In this document: one piece after another, positions 39,447-47,238 of the stretch
Layout of the letters: the number at the start of each line of letters is the position of its first letter
Position numbering within the stretch: position 1 is the stretch's first letter
Assembly: GCA_963695225.1 (NCBI GenBank)
Contig: OY968762.1
Location: 2,080,001 to 2,144,000 of the forward strand
Direction of reading: 5' to 3'
DNA: 64,000 nucleotides
Source of the DNA: Vulcanimicrobiota bacterium
GTDB taxonomy: Bacteria; Vulcanimicrobiota; Vulcanimicrobiia; Vulcanimicrobiales; Vulcanimicrobiaceae
The notes under the pieces: generated by a model
The model's database searches: none
What the model saw: the letters and a program-made list of their open reading frames with translations, nothing else
Told to the model about the DNA's origin: nothing
Translations under genes and position numbers: made by a program

Positions 39447-39698
39447 GTAGGCCACCGGTGCGGGGCGAGGGGTCCGCGGGGCCTCCAGCTTTTTTGCGGA
39501 GCCATGGATGGCGGGAGCAAAAAAAGTGGGGGCCCCACGCGCTTTGCGTGTGGGGGGCGCGAAGCCGAAGGCGTAGCGCCTTTTCAACCCACCCGGGGTC
39601 CCCGCGATGCGAACGCATCGTGGGGTGGTGCGATTTCGCATGGATGCGAAATCGCGGGCGTCCCCGCGGACCCCTCGCCCCGCGCCGGCGGCCGGGCC
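39447..39698 (+). repeat. GGTAG-flanked multi-hairpin repeat, long form (copy E)
   Basis: 39523-39628 is identical to the reverse complement of 37590-37695. Confidence 0.9.
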
Positions 39699-39771
39699 CT
39701 GCGATTAGCGCGCAAGCAGATCCCCGCGGACCCCTCGCCCCGCGCCGGCGGCCGGGCCCTGCGATTAGCGC
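39661..39771 (+). repeat. 51-bp direct duplication (60-bp period) of the 3' end of copy E
   Basis: tccccgcggacccctcgccccgcgccggcggccgggccctgcgattagcgc at 39661 and 39721. Confidence 0.9.
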
Positions 39772-39857
39772 AAGCACGGATGCGAAATCGCGGGCGCGGG
39801 CTAGCGATAGGAACGCGCCTCAAAGGAGTTCGCCCTTTGCGGAGCAGAGGAACGCCG

Positions 39858-40832
39858 ATGCAGTACCGTCGTCTTGGGCAGTGGGGCATCAAAGTCTCCG
39901 CCATCGGGCTTGGGTCGTGGCTGACGTACGGCCGTGCGGTCGGAGAGGACGTTGCGCGGATGTGCATTCGCCGGGCGTACGAACGCGGCGTCACGTTCTT
40001 CGATACGGCGAACGTCTACGGGCGGGGCCGGGCGGAGGAGACGATCGGACGTGCGATCGCGGAGTTTCCGCGCGATTCCGTCGTGCTCGCGACGAAGGTG
40101 TTCTTTCCGATGGGGGAAGGGCCGAACGACCGCGGGCTCTCTCGCAAGCACGTCACGGAACAACTGCATCATTCGCTGCGGCGCCTCGGCACCGAGTACG
40201 TCGATCTCTACCAATGCCATCGTTTCGATCGGGCGACGCCGCTCGAAGAGACGTGCTCGGTGATGAACGATCTCGTGCGTGCCGGCAAGATTCTCTATTG
40301 GGGCGTTTCGGAGTGGAACGCCGATCAGATCGCGGCAGCGGTGGCGCTCTGCCGCGCGCGCGGCTGGAGCGAGCCCGTGAGCAATCAGCCGCAGTATAGC
40401 GCGCTTTGGCGCCGCATCGAGGAACGCGTTCTGCCGGCGTGCGCGCAATACGGATTGGGGAACGTGGTCTGGTCTCCGCTCGCGATGGGCGTGCTGACCG
40501 GGAAGTACGCGAGCGTGAAGGAACCGCCGCACGGCACGCGCGCGGCCGGGCACGAGCTCGAGATGATGGAAGACTATTTCAAACAACCGATCCTGGACGC
40601 GGTCCAGCGCGTCGTGCCGCTCGCGAAGGAGGCGGGCTGCACGCTCTCTCAGCTTTCGCTCGCCTGGTGCTTGCGAAGGCCGGAGGTCAGCAGCGCGATC
40701 GTCGGCGCTACGCGGCCCGAGCAGATCGACGACAACGCGGCCGCCGGCAGCCTGACCGTCGATCCCGCGATCTTCGCACGCATGGACGAGATCCTGCGGC
40801 CCGTAGCACCGCACGAGCCGTATCACGCCTGA
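39858..40832 (+). CDS. Aldo/keto reductase (Kv-beta/Tas-like)
   Basis: MQYRRLG..GIKVSAIGLGSWLT, FDTANVYG, ATKVF, DLYQCHR, WGVSEW, WSPLAMG; GAGG RBS. Confidence 0.92.
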   Translation: MQYRRLGQWGIKVSAIGLGSWLTYGRAVGEDVARMCIRRAYERGVTFFDTANVYGRGRAEETIGRAIAEFPRDSVVLATKVFFPMGEGPNDRGLSRKHVTEQLHHSLRRLGTEYVDLYQCHRFDRATPLEETCSVMNDLVRAGKILYWGVSEWNADQIAAAVALCRARGWSEPVSNQPQYSALWRRIEERVLPACAQYGLGNVVWSPLAMGVLTGKYASVKEPPHGTRAAGHELEMMEDYFKQPILDAVQRVVPLAKEAGCTLSQLSLAWCLRRPEVSSAIVGATRPEQIDDNAAAGSLTVDPAIFARMDEILRPVAPHEPYHA

Positions 40833-40904
40833 ACGTGCGGCCTCGCGCGCGGCCAGGCCGAAAGCCGACCGGAATTGAGCTGCGCTCGCTCAAAATGGAG
40901 AACC

Positions 40905-41402
40905 ATGTGGGGAATCCCCGTTAGAGTGAATCGAGCAGCATTCCAATGGCGGTTGTGCATCGCCGCTTTTATTGTAACAACGATGGGCGTTCTTACTACC
41001 GCTGCATTTGCCGATTCGTCGCTATCGTCACTGACGTTGCGTGCCGGCTTGAACAAGGCGACGTATTCGAACGGCTCCGATCCCGTCTTGACGTTGAGTG
41101 TCGTCAATAGCGGGCCCGCTGTCACAGTCGATTGGACGCACGTGCTCATCATGGACTTTTCAGTTCAAATCGTTGATCTGCACGGAAATAGACAGTCATT
41201 TGACGACGCTGCGATCCCCGCAGCGTTCTCGACTCGCGCCCGGATTATCGAGCAAGGGGAGCGTTTGATTAGGCAGGGTAGACTTTCTACGTGGGGTTAC
41301 CATCTCAGGCCAGGAAGCTATAAGCTTTCGGTCAGTTTTCCTATGGATAATGGTGGCCCCATCGTGCACTCGAATACCGTTCAATTTACTATCGACGGGT
41401 AA
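40905..41402 (+). CDS. Secreted hypothetical protein (possible beta-sandwich), visibly lower GC
   Basis: GGAG RBS, signal-peptide-like N-terminus ending AAFA, LRPGSYKLSVSF; AT-richer codons than neighbours. Confidence 0.6.
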   Translation: MWGIPVRVNRAAFQWRLCIAAFIVTTMGVLTTAAFADSSLSSLTLRAGLNKATYSNGSDPVLTLSVVNSGPAVTVDWTHVLIMDFSVQIVDLHGNRQSFDDAAIPAAFSTRARIIEQGERLIRQGRLSTWGYHLRPGSYKLSVSFPMDNGGPIVHSNTVQFTIDG

Positions 41403-41463
41403 GCATCTCGTCATCGGAGATTCTAATTAACGCGGTCCGCGTTTTCGAGATCGAACCGCGAAT

Positions 41464-41850
41464 TCAGTCTACGAGCGTGCGCGTTATCGGAAGGACGCAA
41501 CGCACGTAGTTGCCGTCGAACGCCCGCGTCACGCTCAGGTCGCTCGCCAACTCGCGCACGATCGCGAGCCCGCGGCCGCCGTCCGCCGTTACCGGCGGCC
41601 GCTCGAACGCGAGCCGGAATGGGGGCCCGTTATCCCAAACGTGCAGCACGGCGGCGCTCCCGTCCCACTCGACCGCATATGAAGCGGCGCCGCCGCCGTA
41701 GCGCAGCGCGTTGCTCAGGAGTTCGGTGACGACGATGAGGGCGGCCGGAAAATCGGACGCGGCAATATCCGCCGTCTCGCGAAGGTCCGTCATGATCCGG
41801 TGCCGCGCCGTCGCAAGCTCCGGAAGCCGCTCGATCGCGTTTGCTCTCAT
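41464..41850 (-). CDS. Anti-sigma-type HATPase (RsbW-like) protein
   Basis: VTELLSNALRYG, VWDNGPPF, GGRGLAIV. Confidence 0.82.
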   Translation of the reverse strand: MRANAIERLPELATARHRIMTDLRETADIAASDFPAALIVVTELLSNALRYGGGAASYAVEWDGSAAVLHVWDNGPPFRLAFERPPVTADGGRGLAIVRELASDLSVTRAFDGNYVRCVLPITRTLVD

Positions 41851-41938
41851 CTTTCTCCCGGGAAACGCATACCCAGGTTTCCCGCGCACTATTCGCGGCG
41901 AGGATGGTCCGCCGCAATGCTGAAAGGGGTCGCTCCCC

Positions 41939-43363
41939 ATGGCGCTCTTCCGGCGGATCCACCCTTCGAGTGTCGTCGCGCTGGCGTTGGTTGCGCTCGT
42001 GCTGCCGGTCGTCATCGGGACGGCATTGTTCCATCTCGCGTCCGCGAACCGGGGTTTGGCGGAAACGGCGGTCTTACGGAGCGTGCAGCGGGAAAACGCC
42101 GAGTTGCTCAAGCTCCAACTCGACGAGGAGACGGGCCTGCGCGGCCTAGTCGTTACGGGCCACCGGGCTTTCCTCGACCCCTACGAGACAGCGCAAACGC
42201 GTTTCCCCATCGTCTTCGGTGAGTTGTGGGCCGACCTCGGCCGCCTCGGATCGTTGGGGTCGCTTCGCGATGAAGCGGCGGAATTGGGCAGGTTGCACGA
42301 GGCCTGGGCGACGGATGTGGCCGCCCCCGTCCTGCAGCACGGCACGAGCGTCGGGGTCCAGAGCCGGGGTAAGGCCGACATCGATCGCTTTCGCGAAGTG
42401 AGCGCCTCGATCGATCGCGTCGTCAACGCCGAGGCCACTGCGCGGCGCGATACTGCGCAGTCGGATCTGACGCAGGGCGTCGCGCTGTTCTCCGCTGCGA
42501 TCGCGCTGTTCTTCGTCGCGGTCTTGATCTTCACCACGAACGAGCGGCGGCTGCGCAGCGATCTCGACCGGGAACGGAGCATCGTCGCATCGTTGCAGCG
42601 TGCGTTCGTGGGCGAGAAGGAGGCGATGGCGACGCTCGACGTCGGTGCGGTCTACCGCTCCGCGACGAAGGGGACGTTCGTGGGTGGAGACGTCTTCGAC
42701 GTCTACCCGCTTCCCGACCGGCGAGCGCTCGTGATGGTTGCCGACGTGAGCGGCAAGGGCGTGGAGGCCGCCGTCGAGACCGCGTTCGTCAAGTATGCCG
42801 TCCGCGCGCTTTCGCGCGTTTCGCGCTCGCCCACCGATATCGTCTCCCAGGTCAACGAGATGTACATGCAAGACCTCGAACGGCGCGAGTCCGGGTCGTT
42901 CATCGTGCTCTTCCTCGGGATCTTGGATTTTGAAGCGGGCGAGCTCAGATACACGAGCGCGGGGCACAGCGGAGCTTTCCTGCGGGCTGGTTCCGGCGTG
43001 CGCATGCTCGGCGTGACTGGCCCGGCGCTCGGCATCGTGGACGCGCCGATGTTCGCGGAAAAGTCCGCGCGCCTCGAACCTGCCGACATGCTGCTGGTCG
43101 CGACGGACGGCCTCACGGAATCACGCGACGCGGCCGGAGCATTGCTTACGGACGAGGGCTTGGCAACCTGGTTCTCAGAATCGAGCGCGACGGCGAGCGC
43201 GCAGGACGTGGTCGACGCCCTCGTCGCGCGCGCGTTCAGCCGCTCCGACGGGCGGATCTCCGACGATCTCGCCGCCGTCTGCGCCCGCATCACTGCTGCC
43301 GGAGAGCGCGCCGATGTTCCTCGCGCTGAGCCCGTTGCGCGACCTCTTCGGTCGCGTCGATAA
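41939..43363 (+). CDS. CHASE3 sensor plus SpoIIE/PP2C phosphatase (RsbU-like)
   Basis: Two TM helices flanking LDEETGLRG...FLDPY; VGGDVFD, ADVSGKG, SAGH, TDGLTE, DDLA. Confidence 0.88.
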   Translation: MALFRRIHPSSVVALALVALVLPVVIGTALFHLASANRGLAETAVLRSVQRENAELLKLQLDEETGLRGLVVTGHRAFLDPYETAQTRFPIVFGELWADLGRLGSLGSLRDEAAELGRLHEAWATDVAAPVLQHGTSVGVQSRGKADIDRFREVSASIDRVVNAEATARRDTAQSDLTQGVALFSAAIALFFVAVLIFTTNERRLRSDLDRERSIVASLQRAFVGEKEAMATLDVGAVYRSATKGTFVGGDVFDVYPLPDRRALVMVADVSGKGVEAAVETAFVKYAVRALSRVSRSPTDIVSQVNEMYMQDLERRESGSFIVLFLGILDFEAGELRYTSAGHSGAFLRAGSGVRMLGVTGPALGIVDAPMFAEKSARLEPADMLLVATDGLTESRDAAGALLTDEGLATWFSESSATASAQDVVDALVARAFSRSDGRISDDLAAVCARITAAGERADVPRAEPVARPLRSRR

Positions 43364-43703
43364 CGCGCTCCAGTTCGCGGCGCACTTCCTCGGTTCGGTC
43401 GACCGGGGCCGCTTCGAGACCAACGGCTTTGTTGCTCAGGGTGCGGTCGGCGGCCACGAGCATATCGAGTTTGAGGTTGAGCGCGTCGGTGTCGCGCTTC
43501 TGCGCGTTTGCGATGAGGAACACCATCAGGAAAGTGACGATCGAGCTCGTCGTGTTCATCGCCAGCTGCCACGTGTCCGAGAAGCGGAAATGGGGCCCGC
43601 TCCCGGCCCATATCACGATCGCCGCGAAGACGAGCGCGGTCGCAAAGGGACTGGCGCAAAACGCGTTTGCTTTCCGAGCGAAGCGGGCGAAGTAATCGTT
43701 CAT
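43290..43703 (-). CDS. Low-affinity iron permease (Fet4-like) family protein
   Basis: FSDTWQLAMNTTSSIVTFLMVFLIANAQKRDTDALNLKLD. Confidence 0.88.
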   Translation of the reverse strand: MNDYFARFARKANAFCASPFATALVFAAIVIWAGSGPHFRFSDTWQLAMNTTSSIVTFLMVFLIANAQKRDTDALNLKLDMLVAADRTLSNKAVGLEAAPVDRTEEVRRELERVIDATEEVAQRAQREEHRRALRQQ

Positions 43704-43735
43704 CGAGCTCCTTCTTCACGGCCGGCTGCGTTCTT

Positions 43736-43798
43736 TTGCCGCGCGACGCGGGGCTTCAAACGTGCGCCCGCACGTTTGGAAGCCGGCCGCGGCGGCAT
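43736..43798. promoter_or_regulatory. Back-to-back putative SigB-like promoters
   Basis: GTTT-N15-CGGCAT (+) and GTTT-N16-CGGCAA (-) around the palindrome caaacgtgc-gccc-gcacgtttg. Confidence 0.45.
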
Positions 43799-43833
43799 AA
43801 GCATGGAAAAGCTTTCGAGTGGAGGGATCGCAG

Positions 43834-44115
43834 ATGGCTACTACGGCAGAGGGTGCTGCCGAGATGCGCTCCGGGAAGAAAGGCTCGGCGCGCAAAGCCT
43901 TACCGCACGAGGCTTCGGCGGCAAAGGCGAAACCGAAGTACGGGCGCGCGGCCGGCGAACGCGTCGAGAAGGCATTGCACGAAATGAAGCAAGGCAAACT
44001 CGAATCCGGCAGGTCCGGCAAGAAGGTGACCGATCGCAAGCAAGCGATTGCGATCGGAATCGCCGAGGCGCGGCGCGAAGGAGCGCGCGCGCCCGAAAAG
44101 CCCGCTGCGGACTAA
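43834..44115 (+). CDS. Small basic stress protein (DUF6496-like)
   Basis: HEMKQGKLESGRSGKKVTDRKQAIAIGIAEARREG. Confidence 0.8.
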   Translation: MATTAEGAAEMRSGKKGSARKALPHEASAAKAKPKYGRAAGERVEKALHEMKQGKLESGRSGKKVTDRKQAIAIGIAEARREGARAPEKPAAD

Positions 44116-44118
44116 CTC

Positions 44119-44144
44119 GTTTGGCCCTACCGTCGTCGGGGCAT
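44119..44144 (+). promoter_or_regulatory. Putative SigB-like promoter
   Basis: GTTT-N16-GGGCAT upstream of the GlsB/YeaQ gene. Confidence 0.45.
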
Positions 44145-44192
44145 TACAGTCTCTACGGCGTTACGCCGGAAGAAGCACATGAGGTAGGCAGA

Positions 44193-44450
44193 ATGAGCAT
44201 CATCGGGTGGATTGTCCTTGGTCTGATCGCCGGCGTGCTGGCGAAAACGGTAGTTCCCGGCGAAGGTCCGGGCGGAATCATCGGCGACATCGTCGTCGGC
44301 ATCGTCGGCGCCTTGCTCGGCGGCTGGTTGTTCAATATGTTCGGCCACACGGGCCTCGACGGGTTCAGCCTCTACAGCATGCTCGTCGCCTTCGTAGGCG
44401 CCGTCGTGCTGCTGTTCGTGCTGCGGCTCGTGAGCCGCCGCACAGTCTAA
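44193..44450 (+). CDS. GlsB/YeaQ/YmgE family stress membrane protein
   Basis: IIGWIVLGLIAGVLAK...GIVGALLGG...AFVGAVVLL. Confidence 0.9.
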   Translation: MSIIGWIVLGLIAGVLAKTVVPGEGPGGIIGDIVVGIVGALLGGWLFNMFGHTGLDGFSLYSMLVAFVGAVVLLFVLRLVSRRTV

Positions 44451-44479
44451 GCCGCACTGCGTCGCCGGAGTGCGGGACG

Positions 44480-44911
44480 ATGAGCGAATCGGAAGGTTTC
44501 GGCGCGGACGGCGCCTTAGCAACGCCTGCAATGGACAAGCCCTTCGCAATCGAGTCGATTGGCGGCTATCCGGTGTTCCGGGTGACTGGAGACGTCGATT
44601 TTTCGAACCAGCCGGATTTCGACGCCGCATTGCGCGGCGTCGATCCCGGCGCGGCGTCGGCAGTGATCGTTTCATTCGAAGAGTGCACGTTTTTCGATAG
44701 CTCGATCGTCGGCGCGCTCATGAAGTATTGGCGCTCGCCCGAACGCGAGTGGGATGCCGTGCTCGTCACGAGGCCGGAGAATCCGGCGAATCGCGTCTTC
44801 GATATCGTCGGCATCGACCGCGTGTATCCGGTCGAGCATTCGCTCGATCGGGCGGTCGAGCGCGCTGCGGAAATCGCCGCGGCCCGCCGGAGGCCCGCTT
44901 CCTCCGGCTAA
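44480..44911 (+). CDS. STAS-domain anti-sigma factor antagonist
   Basis: VTGDVDF, ECTFFDSSIVGAL, RVFDIVGID; the start may instead be 44531. Confidence 0.85.
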   Translation: MSESEGFGADGALATPAMDKPFAIESIGGYPVFRVTGDVDFSNQPDFDAALRGVDPGAASAVIVSFEECTFFDSSIVGALMKYWRSPEREWDAVLVTRPENPANRVFDIVGIDRVYPVEHSLDRAVERAAEIAAARRRPASSG

Positions 44912-45040
44912 CGAGGCGGAAACGCTAAGCTAAGCGCCCGCTTGGCGCGGCGCACGGAAAGCACGACGCGCACGTGGTCGCCGCCAGGCTTGCATTCGGC
45001 GTGGAGAAGATCGGTCGGTATGCTTCGCGCGTTTGCGACG

Positions 45041-45066
45041 GTTTTGGATTCCGGCGAGCGGGGCAA
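45041..45066 (+). promoter_or_regulatory. Putative SigB-like promoter
   Basis: GTTT-N16-GGGCAA, 20 nt before an ATG with a GGAGG RBS. Confidence 0.5.
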
Positions 45067-45086
45067 TCGAAGAGTGGAGGTCTACT

Positions 45087-45437
45087 ATGACTGGTGATAC
45101 ATCGTCCCGGACCGAGAAAGTCAAAGACGGCATCGAAGGCGGAAAGCGCGAAGCCGAGCAGTCGATGCACAATGCGGTCGATGACTTGAAAGCAGGCTTC
45201 GAGAACATGAAGGGATCCTTCAAGGACAACGTGGATAATCTCAAGGATGCGGTCAACGAGCACATGCATCGCGAGGCCGCGACCGCCGAGCAAACGCGCC
45301 GCGAAGTCGCCGGCGATACGATGACGCCGGGCGAACGCATCAGCTCGGTAGCCAACGAAGTGCGCAACAAGGTCCAAGCCGACGTCGACGCACTCAAGCA
45401 ACGTGCCCGAAATCCGGACGATGCCCACCACGAATAA
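45087..45437 (+). CDS. Hydrophilic (LEA/CsbD-like) small protein
   Basis: Charged amphipathic repeats (VDDLK, VDNLKDAVNE); GGAGG RBS. Confidence 0.65.
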   Translation: MTGDTSSRTEKVKDGIEGGKREAEQSMHNAVDDLKAGFENMKGSFKDNVDNLKDAVNEHMHREAATAEQTRREVAGDTMTPGERISSVANEVRNKVQADVDALKQRARNPDDAHHE

Positions 45438-45984
45438 GGCGTCGGCCTCGCCGTTCGTCTCCGATCTCGCGGAGATCCGCCGCCGCGCTCGGGCGCACAT
45501 CGAGCAGGGTGCGGTGACGCAGAGCAACACGAAGGATCTCGCTACGACGATGAAGCTCCTGAACGAGGCTCTGGCGAGCGAGATCGTGTGCACGCTTCGT
45601 TACAAGCGGCACTATTACACGGCGAGGGGGATCCACAAGGAATCCGTCGCCGAGGAGTTCGCGGCGCACGCTCAGGAGGAGCAAGAGCACGCGGATATGA
45701 TCGCCGAGCGTATCACGCAACTGGGCGGGTCACCGAACTTCAATCCGGAAGGCTTGACCTCGCGCAGCAGCTCGGAGTATAACGAGCCGTCCGATCTGCT
45801 CGAGATGATCAAGGAGAACCTGATCGCCGAGCGCATCGCGATCGAAACGTACAGCTCAATGGTGCGCTTCTTCGGCAGTGAGGATCCCACGTCGCGCCGC
45901 CTGATCGAGACGATCTTGGCGGTCGAGGAAGAGCACGCCAACGATATGGCCGACCTCCTCGCGGCGCACGATCGGCGAGCTTAG
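45421..45984 (+). CDS. Ferritin-like / bacterioferritin family protein
   Basis: LNEALASEIVC, EEQEHAD, ERITQLGG, AERIAI, EEEHANDM. Confidence 0.88.
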   Translation: MPTTNKASASPFVSDLAEIRRRARAHIEQGAVTQSNTKDLATTMKLLNEALASEIVCTLRYKRHYYTARGIHKESVAEEFAAHAQEEQEHADMIAERITQLGGSPNFNPEGLTSRSSSEYNEPSDLLEMIKENLIAERIAIETYSSMVRFFGSEDPTSRRLIETILAVEEEHANDMADLLAAHDRRA

Positions 45985-46727
45985 ATCTTGTCGCGAAGCC
46001 GATCGAGGGCGCGGCGTTGGATTCGCGAGATCTGCATCTGGGAGATGCCGAAACGCACGGCGATCTGCTCCTGCGTGAGGCCCTCCCAGAAGCGCAGGTA
46101 GAGTACGGCGCGCTCGCGGCCGTCCAGCAGCTTCAACGCGCGTGCCAACGTGTCGCGATCGGCGATCCGTTCGATGCTCGGATCGTTCCCGCCGATCAAA
46201 TCGGCGAGCGTCGCCTGTCCCTCCGAATCGGGGCTCAGTTCGATATCGAGCGAGAGGACGTCGCCGGCGCGTCCGAGTTCCTGCGCCTCCAGCAAGTCTT
46301 CGGTCGAAACGTTGAGATCGGCTGCGATCTCGCCCGGCGTCGGGCGGCGCCCGAGCCGTATGGCCAATTCGTCGGCGATGCGAAACGATTTCGCGTGCAG
46401 TTCCTGGAGGCGGCGCGGGAACTTGAACGGGCGCAGCCGGTCGCGGAGATGATGGCGGATCTCACCGAGGATCAGCGGCGCCGCGTAGGACTTGAATGCG
46501 ACGCCGTAGCTCGGCTCGAAGCGGTCGATCGCCTTCAGGAGCCCGAGCATCCCGACTTGAACGAGATCGTCGATCGGTTCCCCGCGGCCCTCGAACTTGC
46601 GCGCGAGGAAGCGCACGAACGAGCCGCTCGCCTCGACGATCTCGCTGCGTAGCCGCCGGTACTCGTCGGAGCCCTTATCTCCGCGGGTCCGGGCGGCCGC
46701 GAGTCGGGCGTAAAGGTCGGCGGGCAC
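45981..46727 (-). CDS. SigB/SigF/SigG family RNA polymerase sigma factor
   Basis: DDLVQVGMLGLLKAIDRFEP, GEIRHHLRD, LGRRPT, TQEQIA...ISQMQISR. Confidence 0.92.
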   Translation of the reverse strand: MPADLYARLAAARTRGDKGSDEYRRLRSEIVEASGSFVRFLARKFEGRGEPIDDLVQVGMLGLLKAIDRFEPSYGVAFKSYAAPLILGEIRHHLRDRLRPFKFPRRLQELHAKSFRIADELAIRLGRRPTPGEIAADLNVSTEDLLEAQELGRAGDVLSLDIELSPDSEGQATLADLIGGNDPSIERIADRDTLARALKLLDGRERAVLYLRFWEGLTQEQIAVRFGISQMQISRIQRRALDRLRDKI

Positions 46728-46730
46728 GCT

Positions 46731-47135
46731 CTACCGGGGCGTCAGCGTTTTCGACAAGAGGCAGTACATGCCGTCCCCGTTGCTGCCGATCTCGGCCTCG
46801 TCGACGACCGAGCGGATGACGAATTCTGCGGCCTCGAGCGTTTCGCGTTGCTCGCTGCTGAGCGGGGGTTCGCCGGTCGGCGGAGAGCCGCGCACGGCGA
46901 GCGAGAACTTGCCGGGTTCGGCAATCGCCTCGACGATCAACGGGCGGCTCGGATCGGATTGGAGGACGCAGAGAGCGCACGCCTCGGAGGCGGCGAGTTT
47001 GAGATCGTCGATCTGCGCGTCATCGAAAGGAAGCTTGCTCGCGACGCCCGCGACGGCGAGCCGAACGATGCCGACCCATTCGGAGCGCGACGGAACTTCG
47101 AGCCTCATGCGGCCGTAGCGCCTTGTTTCAGGCAT
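46731..47135 (-). CDS. Anti-sigma factor RsbW-like
   Basis: LEVPSRSEWVGIVRLAVAGVA...IDDLKLAASEAC; directly upstream of the sigma factor. Confidence 0.8.
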   Translation of the reverse strand: MPETRRYGRMRLEVPSRSEWVGIVRLAVAGVASKLPFDDAQIDDLKLAASEACALCVLQSDPSRPLIVEAIAEPGKFSLAVRGSPPTGEPPLSSEQRETLEAAEFVIRSVVDEAEIGSNGDGMYCLLSKTLTPR

Positions 47136-47238
47136 GGAGCCTCCTACGAGCTTTGCGCGCGCGTGGCCTCCCGCGTCTGCGTTTTGCGCTGTTAAGCAGT
47201 CGCGACGCCGTGCCGGAAATGCGCGACGGAGAAGCGGG

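Noticed and set aside
39300..39857. N-terminal extension of the aldo/keto reductase (510-aa ORF)
   Set aside because: It reads through the dnaE2 promoter and repeat E; the family-typical start MQYRRLG with an RBS is at 39858.
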